From Chara braunii (Eukaryota > Plantae > Charophyceae): 64,000 nucleotides of DNA. The notes beneath the pieces were generated by a model. The model was not told the DNA's origin, did not search any database, and saw only the letters and a program-made list of their open reading frames with translations. The first letter of the stretch is position 1. Each line of letters opens with the position of its first letter. Both the position numbers and the translations under genes were made by a program. Below are positions 49,185 through 61,552 of this stretch, in pieces. Location of the stretch: the NCBI GenBank assembly GCA_003427395.1, contig BFEA01000014.1, positions 1,407,446 to 1,471,445 on the forward strand. The letters run 5' to 3'.

Positions 49185-51739
49185 TATGGCTGTTAATTTG
49201 TACCGTCATCCCCCTTACTAGAATCAATTGTCATTATCGCAGTACCTAGGTGTGGGGGACAAATGTGTCTGGTCTATACCGATGGGGCCTATGGTATAGC
49301 TGTCTATACCTGGCGTCCCAAGTGCCCGTACGGGATGGCTCGCTCGACTAGACTCCACACCAAGGGCTGACTGGGCCCTGTGCTTAGGATTATAATGTGA
49401 TAACAGAATGCCGATCCATACCGCTCAATAGCATCAACAACACAATAGCACAACCATTGGAATCATCGACACACTGAATGAAAGGCACAAGGGCTGAGTG
49501 GGCGCTAAGCTTAGCCCTGGTGCCTACAGCTACGGTCTCATCCCGCTGCATAGAAGCGGCCAGGGAGTTGGGTGGCTGGGTGATGGTCCTTGTACTGAGG
49601 CAGGACTGGGAGAGGGAGGAGGGGGGGGGGGGGTGTTCCGCTGTGGAGAATTGTTACGAGGAAAAGGACAGTGGTGGTTTCATAAGGTAGACGCCATGGG
49701 AAAAAAAGGAGTGGTGTGGATGTGATGGAGGGAGGGAGGAGATGGGTGGGATGGGTGGATGGGTGGACGTGTGGAGGGTGGGGTGGATGGTTGGGTGGGT
49801 GGATGGATGGAGCGCTGAAGAGATGGGGTGGCAAAGGGATGGATGGGAGGATAGGTGGAGGGGTGGGATAGCAGAGTGGACGGAAGGATGGTTGGATGCA
49901 TGCATGCTTTGTGTGATGCATGTGTTATGTTTTTCGTTGCTGTCAACTTGCGACGATTATGTTGACGATCGGGACAGTTGTGAAGGCAATTTACGTCTTG
50001 ACAGCACTTTATTCACGTACCGCGAAGTAGTGCCAGCGAGACCTCTCTCCTGTGTGGTAACCTGTGTGATAATCGATGGGTTTAGGGTTATTTCATGTTC
50101 CACACTTTCTCCTGGATAGAGTCGGTCCATTTTGATTGCNGTGTGTGTGTGTGTGTGTGTGTGTCACATGAGTTTCGCATGAGTACGACACGTCTTACCC
50201 GTGTTGCTCCGACCAGACACGTCGGCACACTGTGGGGAAGATGCAAAGCGCGGGGGGCGATTTTTCAACGTGGCCGGGTAAAACCATTCGTGGTCCATTT
50301 GTGGTGTGGGTACTTATTTAAAGGGCCGTAAAGTCGAAAGCAGCCAAATATGCGAAAGCAGTAAGAGAAAGTGAGGGGAGTGGGTGGCGCCTCCTCTTTT
50401 TCAGACAGACCAGAACACACGCAATAACACCCCACAAACAAACGGAGGGAAGGGGGGAAGGAAAAGGACAGTGAGGCAAAGGGCAGGGAACCAACACCAT
50501 AGCATGACAAACCACAACATGGCACATGAACTTAAGAGGCACGAGAGGAGGAACAAACAGCGAGGCAGCACATAGGTTGAAACGCACTGGGGAGGCACAT
50601 GAACTTAGAGGCATGAGAGGAGGAACAAGCAGTGAGGCAGCACATAGGCTGAAACATATGGGGGAGGCGGGAGGGCATAAGTACAAGATTCGAAAAACAG
50701 CAAAGCGGCCAGAAGAATAGAAAACAGCAAAGGACAGGCTGGAGGGTAGAGGGGAGGAGGGTGGGCAAACAAACAGCACAAGGCAAGAAACAAAGACCCA
50801 AAAAAAAAAAAAAAAACTGATGATGATAGATTGTTTCGTCGGAGTTGCACCGACTCATTAGGAGGCTGAACCCTCGACAATCTGCGGATTCTCCGTATTT
50901 GATGGTTTGGGTCATGAACCCTTTGGCCCTTGTTGAAGCTAGACTGTCCCCAAGCGGAACATAGCAGTGGGCAGCAACGCTGTGGAGCACCAGGCAACAC
51001 AGTAGAGGCAACACGGCTGCACAACGCCGAAAATGACTGCAAGGAACGACATGGCGCACAGGACATGAAGCGCGGCAACCATGTAGTGAAGCACAAGGCA
51101 ACACAAGCAGGGCAGCCACACTGCAAGGGACGGCAGGACCAGCAGCTCGGCAACCGTGGAGCGGAGCACAAGGCCCCAGCACCAAGGCAACCAACCTACA
51201 GGGCACACAAGCAGCAAACACGGAAGGCACGGCCAGCCGATGAGCAGCACAGCGGCGAAGCAGTGAAGCGCAAGGCAACACCAACAACACAGCCAAACCA
51301 CGCAGTGAACACAGCAATTCGCAGAGAGCCACACGCGAAGCAAGCGGGACAGGCAGCAAGGCAGCGGCGGAGGGCGGACGAGGACGTCCACACATCCAAC
51401 ACTGAGCAAAGCAGCACATGACCTACTCACATCACGGTTGAACCCCGTAGACTGTTGGTTCCCACCACCCACTGAGTCAGGGAGTCACTCCGATGAACAT
51501 CCACCATCACCGACAGGAAATGCAGACATCCCGAACGAAGCAGCCCCCATAAGAGTGCAGTAGGCACTCCAAACGAGGAACCACCGACTGTTTGGCACTA
51601 CTTAAGGGTGCTCAGTTGGGCATACAAAAATAACATAGAAAAAATCAAGGGGAGGACATACAACAGAAGAAAGACTGACACATAGAAAAAAATCAAGGGG
51701 AGGACATACAACAGAAGAAAGACTGACAGACATAAAACT

Positions 51740-51786
<47 letters not shown>

Positions 51787-51859
51787 CAGTTTACTTCACG
51801 CATTTCTACTTGAAGAAGAGTGTGTGTGTGTTCAGTTTACTTCACACATTTCTACTTGA

Positions 51860-51944
<85 letters not shown>

Positions 51945-52222
51945 TTCAGTTTACTTCGCGCATTTGTGCTTGAAGAAGTGCCACGTTAAAAAAACGTGAT
52001 ATATCGGGGAGTCGGGCCTAAGAGCTAGGCCCCATGATGCACCTACTTAAACAACCGTCGTGCAGTCAACACACCAACACACAAGACAAGGAAAAGACAA
52101 GAAGGAGCATCAGGTAAGAAATGACCAGACAAAACGCAAGAACAGAAAGCAGCGAGAGGCAACACTTAGGCAGGAGGGCATATTGGAGAAGGTGGGTGGG
52201 CAGCTAACATACAAACACAAGT

Positions 52223-52260
52223 CTGTCTCTTATACACATCTAGATGTGTATAAGAGACAG
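52223..52260. other. Nextera mate-pair junction adapter (two Tn5 mosaic ends back to back); assembly artefact
   Basis: Exact CTGTCTCTTATACACATCT+AGATGTGTATAAGAGACAG palindrome. Confidence 0.99.
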
Positions 52261-53286
52261 CTCTACTGCTCTTCAAATCTTAGAACCCCCCCGCCCAACA
52301 AAAAAAAAAACCAAAAAAAAACTATGTTGTGGAGAAAAGAACTGAGCAACTTTTGCCTCAGTGTCACATCGAAATTCTTTCCTGAATTAAAAAAAGAAAA
52401 AATATATTATTTATTTATTTATTATTTTGTTATTGATTTTTGGCCTGGCACAAGTGGTCCCAGGCCACTCTGGTAATGTAGGGCTACCCCTATTATTACT
52501 GTATCCTTCCGGGACGAGGTCCCACTACCAAAGAGGATTGGATAATTTGGGTTTAACACCTGAATATGGCAGTGTTTGTGTAGAGATGCAGAAAATTGCG
52601 ACTGATCCTCTTTTCTGCATCTCTGCTGAAAACCCATCCAGATTCGTGCCCCTGATGTCTCTCCGTCATTGTAGCATTCCGCTTGCTTTCTTTCAGTTTT
52701 CATTCGGGAGTCAATGTACTACCCTTTCTTCTTCTGTTTTTTTTCCAAAGGGGGTTTGACCCCTAACTGTATTCTGTCCGTTTTGATCCATTCCGGGTTC
52801 GAACTCATGATCTGTTCATCGACACGGCTACATGTAAGTACCATGCACTCGTGTGGGCCAATGTTTAGTCTTCCCTTTTTGTTTTCTTTTTCACTTTTCG
52901 TGCTTCACTGCGTTCTCTATGTGCTCGCAAGTCTTGTTGTGTAGATGGGAAATGAGGTAGGTATCCATTTGGTTCCATCGGGGTTTGAACTCACGATCTG
53001 TCGTTGACATGCAGGTTGCATGCGCACACCGTTACGTCGCATAGGCTAGGTGGAGTCTGCCTTTTCTTTCCAGTTTTGTTTGTCTACTACGCGGAGTACT
53101 GTCTTCTTCTGTTTCGTTCTCACTCTACTAGGCGGAATCTGCCCGTCTACTAGGTGTAGTATGCCCTTCTTCGGTCTTGTTTTCACTCTGCTAGGTGGAG
53201 TCTGCCTTTTTTTTTGGGTTTCGTTTTCGCTTGATGTTTCGCTTCTCTCGACATGGCCTTGACTCTTGCGGCATCTCCAGAGAAAA

Positions 53287-54138
53287 ATGAGGGACGGCAC
53301 TCTAACGGCAGAAGAGTTTGCGAAGAGTGCGGCTCATTTGATCGATCTGCTGCAGCGATACAATGCGGATCGTGATGGGGATGTCGCCCCTCCTTGGAGG
53401 TGGGTGGATCCTCCCGACGACAAGCCTGGAAACCTCTCTCGCCTCTTCCGGGGCCGAGGATACTTAGCCCTCGAAGATGTTCATGTCAGAGCGAACGGGG
53501 ACCATGGTGCAGCGGCAATGGACCAAGCATCGAGCCCATGTGAGGGCGGCGTATTCGAAGGGGAGGAGATTTCAGACACACAGGACGAATTCCGTGAGGC
53601 TGATGGGGCGACACTTTGCCAGGAGAGCGCAGCCGATCGCAGCATGCGGTTTCATGTCTACACTTTCCACGCTGTCTACAATGAGACGTACGAGACTCCA
53701 ATGCTCCTCTTCCAGGGTCGCAACCTGGATGGACGACTCTTGAGAATGTCTGACGTGGAAGCTGACTTCTCTGCTGGATTTCTCCAGGTGGAGAGAGAGC
53801 TGAGGTGGACTTTCATAACTGTCGAGGAGCATCCGGTTCTGCGACGACCCTGGTTTCTTCTCCACCCGTGTGAAACCGGTAATCGAATGGCACTGCTTTT
53901 CGCAAGCCTCTCTACAGCAAGAGGAGCTGAAGAAGGGATGGATAACGAGGAGGAGGAGGAGGAGGAGACGGAACGACACCTTCAGGGAGAAAGGGAGCAG
54001 CAGCAAGATGAGGAAGGCAAAGTGTCAGCTGTGGAAGTGCGATGCTACTTGTTGTCGTGGCTCTCTCTTGTTGGACCTGTGGTAGGATTGACGATGCCAT
54101 TGCGTTTGCATCGAGAGGTGCTTCAAGAGCATCTGTAG
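53287..54138 (+). CDS. ATG10: Ubiquitin-like conjugating (E2-like) enzyme ATG10, single exon, 283 aa
   Basis: MRDGTLTAEEF N-terminus; GYLAL; YTFHAVYNETYETPMLLFQG; WTFITVEEHPVLRRPWFLLHPCET (catalytic HPC); C-terminal YLLSWLSLVGPVVGL. Uninterrupted frame. Confidence 0.93.
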   Translation: MRDGTLTAEEFAKSAAHLIDLLQRYNADRDGDVAPPWRWVDPPDDKPGNLSRLFRGRGYLALEDVHVRANGDHGAAAMDQASSPCEGGVFEGEEISDTQDEFREADGATLCQESAADRSMRFHVYTFHAVYNETYETPMLLFQGRNLDGRLLRMSDVEADFSAGFLQVERELRWTFITVEEHPVLRRPWFLLHPCETGNRMALLFASLSTARGAEEGMDNEEEEEEETERHLQGEREQQQDEEGKVSAVEVRCYLLSWLSLVGPVVGLTMPLRLHREVLQEHL

Positions 54139-56487
54139 TGCTGTTTTCTGTGGAGAGTCATTTCTGTAGGAGGAAGGTATAAGAATGTTTTATGTTTCCT
54201 TATCAACTCTGTAGAGAGAAGGGAGAAGGTATAAGGATGATGTTGGGAGAATCAATCAGTCCTGTTGCACAGGTGTGTTCTCATCGGATTGAGGATTGAC
54301 GAGACGAGATCGCGTGTGCATCTCGGGCTGTGGTTCAACAACATTTGTAGTACTCCGTGCTCAGCAATCAAGCCTGTAAGGAGAGGCAGTGTTTTGTTAT
54401 CGACAATCAAGACAGTAGAGATAGGATAGGAATGATGTTGGGAGGATCAGGCCTGTTGCGGAGGTGTATTCTGCTCCGAGCTCAAGGAGTGTTTGTAGTA
54501 TTTAGTTTTTAGATGGATTGCAATTTGCACCTAAATGCGAAGGGGAAAAAAAAAGAAAAGAAATACTCTTTTGTGTTCAGTACCGTATTTGATGCTGTTT
54601 CCTGTTCCGCAATCAAGTCTGTAAGAAGAGAGAGGAATGATGGTGAAGGAATTATTATACCCGTCGCAGATGGTATTCTCATTGTGTCAACGTTCTCGCG
54701 GAGCAAGTAGGGTTTACGAGTCACAGCTTCCGAGGTCGAGACTTGACCTTCAGAGGGACATTGCAGCTGTGTCTGTCATCATCGAAGCCTATCGCACGCA
54801 CGTATGACTACCGTCTTCCCTGAAGCAGATGGCATCACCCATCATAGCTTCATATGGCCCCCCAAAACTTGTCCCTGGTACGGTTAGTTATAATGACTAT
54901 GTCTTCCATTTTGTGGAAGACGGGTGAGCTCAGGGGTCGGGGTTGAGACTCCGGAGGGTCGCTGTGTTTCAGGGTGTTGTCATTGCTGTCTTGTATTTTG
55001 AATAGGCTTTACCATTGAGGCTCTTGGAGGGAGGCTATCTCCCCCATACTCGAGGACGGAGGATGGAGGGAGAGAGGTGGGGACGGGGTAGAAAAGGGCA
55101 GGACGAGAGGAAGGAGGGAAAGGGGAGGGGGCAGACGTCGTGGGTACGGAATGCATGCCTTCATGGTTTCCCCTTCACTGCATTCTTTTTTGCAGGATGG
55201 TGATAACTGTAGTCGTAACTGGGGTCGAGTGTTCAGGTGTAGAGACTCTCTCCCTGGTGGAGCGGGAACAAAGACAGATGGTGTTCTTCCATGGAGTGGA
55301 TGGATTGCTCTGTGGCCTGTACTCGTTTGCCGCTCTGCCAACTGGTCTCTCTGTATTTGTTTGGACAGTAGAAAGCTTAGGTAGTCGTGGATCGTTTGCT
55401 GATCTCTGTCACTTAGGCCAGAATCGAGGGCTTGGAGGTGATGCTGTTTGATATTGTGTGACCACCATGAGTCCATTCTGGCGACCAGACTCTTATTATT
55501 ATTTTAATAATAATATGTAATTCTTTCTTTAGCAAGAGCTCTATGTTCGGGTTTGCTCTCGTCCACGTGTACAAAGCCTTCACTACATGAGTACTTTCTC
55601 AGGAAGTGATCTTCTCTATGAGAGGATGATCATTGTCGTGTGTCTTTCGTCTACCTCTCTGTTTGTTCTATGTGCCAAAGAAATGTCTCACAAAGTTTCT
55701 AGACTATTCTTTCTTCTGCAATCTGCTTCGGTCGTCTTCCTCATTTCGTTTGCATGTAGCACCATTCTCAAGTTCCTTGCAATCTTCACTCTCAAGTCGC
55801 ACGAGGCAGTTAAAAACACACACGCACATAACATACATGGGGGCAGANNNNNNNNNNNNNNNNNNNNNNNNNNNNNNNNNNNNNNNNNNNNNNNNNNNNN
55901 NNNNNNNNNNNNNNNNNNNNNNNNNNNNNNNNNNNNNNNNNNNNNNNNNNNNNNNNNNNNNNNNNNNNNNNNNNNNNNNNNNNNNNNNNNNNNNNNNNNN
56001 NNNNNNNNNNNNNNNNNNNNNNNNNNNNNNNNNNNNNNNNNNNNNNNNNNNNNNNNNNNNNNNNNNNNNNNNNNNNNNNNNNNNNNNNNNNNNNNNNNNN
56101 NNNNNNNNNNNNNNNNNNNNNNNNNNNNNNNNNNNNNNNNNNNNNNNNNNNNNNNNNNNNNNNNNNNNNNNNNNNNNNNNNNNNNNNNNNNNNNNNNNNN
56201 NNNNNNNNNNNNNNNNNNNNNNNNNNNNNNNNNNNNNNNNNNNNNNNNNNNNNNNNNNNNNNNNNNNNNNNNNNNNNNNNNNNNNNNNNNNNNNNNNNNN
56301 NNNNNNNNNNNNNNNNNNNNNNNNNNNNNNNNNNNNNNNNNNNNNNNNNNNNNNNNNNNNNNNNNNNNNNNNNNNNNNNNNNNNNNNNNNNNNNNNNNNN
56401 NNNNNNNNNNNNNNNNNNNNNNNNNNNNNNNNNNNNNNNNNNNNNNNNNNNNNNNNNNNNNNNNNNNNNNNNNNNNNNNNNNNNNNN

Positions 56488-56540
<53 letters not shown>

Positions 56541-57689
56541 TTTGTGTCCTCTTGTTCTTCGGCATCTTGTCTCTGGGCATTGGACAGCGCGTGAGAGAAG
56601 GATGGAAGGAGAATCATCAGCTCATTTATGTGTGTGAATGGTGGAATGGCTAATTATGGCATTCAAGGGTAGAGGGGTGACAGTTGGATTGTTGTAGGCA
56701 GAGTTTGGTTGGGGGATTACCTGTCAAGTTTTGTTCAGGTGTAGACTTCATGTCTGAAATTGTAAAAGCCTAATTTGAGGGAAGAACCACACTGGGACTT
56801 TTCTGAATGCACCCTGCTGTTTTTACGGCCAGTTGTGGATGAATCTGACTGCAATTACGTCCAGAGTTCAGTTGAAAAAGTGCTAGTGTGGTTACGTCTA
56901 GAGGTCAGTTGAAAAATTTGTAGTGTGAGTATGCGCTGGTATGCGGTGTTGGTATTTACTGTATTATTTTGAACATCCGGCTGATGCTTACCCGTGGCAT
57001 AGAAGGGTTGGGGTAGGAAATTTAGAGGGGTAGATATCAGATCCGCAATTCAAAGGCGCACTACTATCCTACTCTTACGTCAAAATCCTGCAATCGGTCA
57101 CTGAAACGCTAAGTGTCCTAGGTCTTTTGACTTTTCACTATGTTGTAACTCAGGGCTGCTTTTGCTCACAGCTCTTTTGGTGGTAGAGGAAAGTGGAATT
57201 TCTAGTGTAGAGATAAAATTCATAGATATTACAAGGAACAAGGAAAGCAAACACAGCTCTCTGGGTCTCCACTGACGCTGAGGCGCGAAAGCATCGGCAG
57301 CAAATGGTAGGGAAAGAACAGGGGTGGAGTGGGGGTTGGTGAACACTAATTTCCTTTTTTTAGGTGGCGAATCTTCTACTGGATAGAGTGCGTAAGCGGT
57401 CCGCAGCTTTGTGCTCTTTTCTGGCAGTTTATGGGGTGGTGGTCCCCACCTGCAAGCCAGAACTTCCTTCTTCTTCTCTCCCTTTGCGTCACAGCAGAAT
57501 AACTTGCCATATCGTTACAGTAAGTGTAATGGAGAGCCTGAGTTTTGTTGCCTTGTGGTGGTGGTCACAACCTGCCATTTCTTGTCATTACGTTGGCACT
57601 GCATTTTATGGCCACTCCTAGTCTCCTACTATCATGAGGGGTACACTTTTACCGATGGTCTTTTGGATTGATTGATGATCCAACATCCC

Positions 57690-57730
<41 letters not shown>

Positions 57731-57946
57731 ACATGGACTGCCTGATTTTTCTTATATAGTGGGGTGGTTTAAGTGGTGTGCACTTGGAACATTGATGTGA
57801 TCTGTATGTAGACCAGGTTGTGACATTGTAAGATGAAATTCATTGTTACTCGTTTATTAGTGTATTCAGTACTATTCACTCTCTTCTTCTTTCCTGTTTT
57901 TGAACTTTTTGGCCAATGAAGAAGCATAAGCGATGATGGTGCTCAA

Positions 57947-58013
57947 TGTAGGGTGGGATGAGTGATGCATTTCATCCGTTGCTCTGGGGCAACTGATTCA
58001 TGGAGGACATTTG

Positions 58014-58060
<47 letters not shown>

Positions 58061-58360
58061 TATTTCTCCCTCCCTGTTGCCCCCCCCCCCCCCCCGCCTT
58101 CTCTCTCTCTTGGTGGGGATAAGGTTGGTCGTGCTTCTGCATGTAGGGTGGGTGGAGGACATTTGCATCGGTCTCTCTCGGTCTCTCTCGGTCTCTCACA
58201 TATTTCGCCCTCCCTGCTCCCTCTCTCTCTCTCTCTCTCCCTCTCTGTCTTTCTTGCTGTCGATAAGGTTGCTCGTGCTCCAACATGTCGAGTGGGATGA
58301 GCAATGCATTTCATCAGTTGCTCTGGGGGCAACTGATTCCATGGAGGACATTTCTCTCTC
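57947..58360. repeat. Local ~340-bp duplication with (CT)n
   Basis: GTGGGATGAG..ATGCATTTCATC.GTTGCTCTGGGGCAACTGATTC.ATGGAGGACATTT at ~57953 and ~58292. Confidence 0.8.
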
Positions 58361-58930
58361 TCTCTCTCTCTCTCTCTCTGTCCCCCTCTCTCCCTCTCTC
58401 TCTGTCTCTCTCCCTCCCCCCTGCCCCTTGCTCCTATCTCTCTGTCGTTCTCGCTAGTCTCTTGCTGTGAATAAGATTGATCTTGGGAACGGTTGCTATG
58501 TATAAGGTTGCTCTCAGGAACAGAAACTGGGGAGTCCTTTCATGCCCGCCGCCGAGTTGCAATCTGAGTGCAGGCCCCGAAGCTGAGCTTGTTTCTACTG
58601 ATACCAGATTGGCCTGATCTGCTAGGGCTTAGGATGATGCAAGAACAATGATAAGATCCTCGGAAGGCGCCGCCCACTGAGGATGATGTGTGCAGTTGTT
58701 TGCTTGGCTTATTATGCTGGTATGTCCTTATGGTCTGGCTCTGTTGATTATATCGAAGTCGCACTTCGGTTTACTCAAGTAACTCCCTCTCATCTCTGCA
58801 GGCTGTCCGATGCAAGTCTGGGGCTGGCGTGGCAGTTTTTGGTGATGCCATCGGCGGTGTGCTGTGGTCGGGGCGGAGGTTAACTAGTTTGGGGGAGGAG
58901 TTTTGAGATTTTGAGAGCTGGATTTCCAAG

Positions 58931-61072
58931 ATGGCCGCAATCGCAGCACGGGGGAGTGTTGCGCCGGGGACCCACCACCGGCTGATGCATGACATATCTA
59001 CCTGCTGCACCGGTCAAGAAGTTCATTTCCGCCGATCTCCGGGTGTCTCTCGATTACCTATCCTTGCTGTGTGCCGGCGTCTCTGCACCCTCTGCAGCAA
59101 AATGACCCCTTTCAGGGCGGTTATCCCCTCCGCTAGTGCCACATTCAGGAACCCTTGCAAGGCATGCAATTGGCATGGACGAGCTTCCCCCTCCACCCAG
59201 TTCTCCAAGTCCAGGGATCCAGAGGCCATATCATTTCCAGGATTTCTGGCTATCAGGCCTGGTGGCAAACAACATCAAAAGGGAGCCCACAGTTCAGCCA
59301 CTTTTTCCTCAACTGCTTCTATGGCACTATCCGTTGCTGCCGCTGCTTCCGCGACTTCTCTGCTGTGCTCAATCGCTGTGTCCCAGCGGCAAGGGTGGGG
59401 CCATCTAGGGTCATTTTCATCAACGGGGTTAATCCCTTTGCCCCGACGACTGACGTCTGACTGCCGTAGGTCGTCTCAACTGCATGTTGTGCGGAACGTG
59501 ACGACAGTCAAGAGCTCAGTTGCGACAAAGCCGGCAGGAGCGATCCGGAAGATCCAGCGGATGTTGGAGTCACGGGAACGATCCGCTGTGGAAATCACAG
59601 AGGAGTATCTGTCACGGGTGGGAGCCCTGGAGCCATCGCTTCACAGTTTCCTCCATGTTGCCTCCGATGATGAGATGCTCACGCAGGCGGCTGCCCTGGA
59701 CCGTCACCTGGCAGAAGGCAAGGAGCTCGCGGCCCTGGGCCCTCTGGCAGGTGTCCCCACGGGAGTAAAGGACAATATCTGCACGAAAGGCATGCCAACG
59801 ACAGCAGGGTCGAAGATTTTGGAAGGGTATCGGCCGCCGTACGATGCGTCTGTGGTGAAAAGAATCAAGGATGCAGGAGCGCTGGTGGTTGGGAAGACCA
59901 ACCTGGATGAGTTTGGTATGGGAAGCAGCACGGAGAATTCGGCGTACTTTCGCACTGCCAACCCGTGGGATCTGTCACGAGTTCCAGGTGGATCGTCTGG
60001 TGGGTCTGCGGCAGCAGTGGCAGCGAACCAGTGCGTGGCGGCGTTGGGCAGCGATACAGGTGGAAGCATTCGCCTGCCGGCCTCCTTCTGTGGTCTTGTG
60101 GGGTTAAAGCCGACCTATGGTCGGGTGTCACGTCTTGGGTTGATCGGCTATGCTTCCTCCCTGGACACTATTGGTGTGCTTGCACAGTCGGTGGAGGATG
60201 CGGCGATAATGATGGGAGTGATTTCAGGTCAAGACATTTGCGACTCGACGAGCAGTCACTCGGAGGTACCAGATTACACGGCCGGCTTGGAGCCGTTGGA
60301 TTCTTTCTCATCCAAACCGTTAAAAGGTGTTCGCCTTGGGATTATAAAAGAGACGATAGGAGAGGGTGACGGTCTCGAAGAAGGAGTCATCAGAGGGGGT
60401 GTGGATTCGGGTGTTATCAACGCGATCAAAGATGCTGGCAGACATTTGGAAGAGCTAGGAGCGACGTTAGACGAGGTATCCCTCCCCACTTTTGCGCTCG
60501 GTCTTCCAGCTTATTATGTTCTTGCAACGTCCGAGGCGTCTTCAAATCTTGCTCGGTACGATGGGGTGAGGTACGGTCTCCGGGAGGGAGGTGAGGACAA
60601 TGGACTTGCAGGAATGTACAAGGAGACGAGGCGGCGAGGGCTCGGGCCCGAGGTTAAGCGTCGCATACTGATGGGAACTTACGCCCTTTCTGCTGGGTAC
60701 TATGATGCTTATTACAAGAAAGCGCAGCAAGTGCGTACGCTTGTCCAGCAGGATCTAGTCAGGGCTTTGAGCATATTCGATGCCCTGCTTCTGCCAACCG
60801 CTCCAACTGCGGCCTTCCGGCTGGGAGAGAAGATAACCGAGCCATTGTCGATGTACGTCGGAGATATGATGACCGTGAACGTCAACTTGGCGGGCCTACC
60901 GGCTCTTGTGGTCCCTTGCGGAACTGTTCCAGGAGGGCCCAAAGGCCTGCCAGTGGGATTACAGTTGATCGGGCGGGCGTTTGGGGAGGGCCAATTGCTC
61001 AGATATGGACATATTTTTGAACAGACCGCACCGGTGCGGCTGGGTCCATTACCAGAATTGATTCCAGCATGA
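58931..61072 (+). CDS. GATA: Glutamyl-tRNA(Gln) amidotransferase subunit A, organellar precursor, single exon
   Basis: Amidase signature: GVKDNI, GKTNLDEFGMGSSTENS, GGSSGGSAAAV, LGSDTGGSIR. GatA-specific SNLARYDGVRYG and EVKRRILMGTYALSAGYYDAYY. ~200-aa Ser/Arg/Ala-rich N-terminal extension; the true start may be 59101 or 59321. Confidence 0.97.
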   Translation: MAAIAARGSVAPGTHHRLMHDISTCCTGQEVHFRRSPGVSRLPILAVCRRLCTLCSKMTPFRAVIPSASATFRNPCKACNWHGRASPSTQFSKSRDPEAISFPGFLAIRPGGKQHQKGAHSSATFSSTASMALSVAAAASATSLLCSIAVSQRQGWGHLGSFSSTGLIPLPRRLTSDCRRSSQLHVVRNVTTVKSSVATKPAGAIRKIQRMLESRERSAVEITEEYLSRVGALEPSLHSFLHVASDDEMLTQAAALDRHLAEGKELAALGPLAGVPTGVKDNICTKGMPTTAGSKILEGYRPPYDASVVKRIKDAGALVVGKTNLDEFGMGSSTENSAYFRTANPWDLSRVPGGSSGGSAAAVAANQCVAALGSDTGGSIRLPASFCGLVGLKPTYGRVSRLGLIGYASSLDTIGVLAQSVEDAAIMMGVISGQDICDSTSSHSEVPDYTAGLEPLDSFSSKPLKGVRLGIIKETIGEGDGLEEGVIRGGVDSGVINAIKDAGRHLEELGATLDEVSLPTFALGLPAYYVLATSEASSNLARYDGVRYGLREGGEDNGLAGMYKETRRRGLGPEVKRRILMGTYALSAGYYDAYYKKAQQVRTLVQQDLVRALSIFDALLLPTAPTAAFRLGEKITEPLSMYVGDMMTVNVNLAGLPALVVPCGTVPGGPKGLPVGLQLIGRAFGEGQLLRYGHIFEQTAPVRLGPLPELIPA

Positions 61073-61254
61073 GCGGCCAATCAAAATCGATGACTCACAG
61101 ACAAGCATTGTAGTGATTTAGTTAAATATCTACCGAGTTCAGCAGCCTGATTGTCAGTGCAGCTTTAATTACCGGCACTGATCGTAGCACTTCACATTAC
61201 CGGAATGGGTACCCCCATCCCCACCTGTCAGCTGAACCCCAGCCATGGCTGTCA

Positions 61255-61308
<54 letters not shown>

Positions 61309-61321
61309 NNNNNNNNNNNNN

Positions 61322-61391
<70 letters not shown>

Positions 61392-61552
61392 GTTCTCGCT
61401 CTGTTGGTGTCTTTTGTCTGTCTGTCTGTCTCTCCTCTCCCCATGTCTGCCTCTCTGTGCTGATGGTTGCCGTTGCCTTATTTTGCTTCACATGCATTCG
61501 TTTCTGTTGTTGACTGGATGTCTTTCACGACAGCCCTTGAGCTCTACTTAAC

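Noticed and set aside
50532-51472. 295-aa Cys/Ala-rich minus-strand ORF and overlapping ORFs
   Set aside because: Compositionally biased repetitive DNA (GCA/CAA-rich) with no recognisable domain.
52223-52260. Perfect 38-bp palindrome / Tn5 insertion as biology
   Set aside because: Identical to the Nextera mate-pair adapter.
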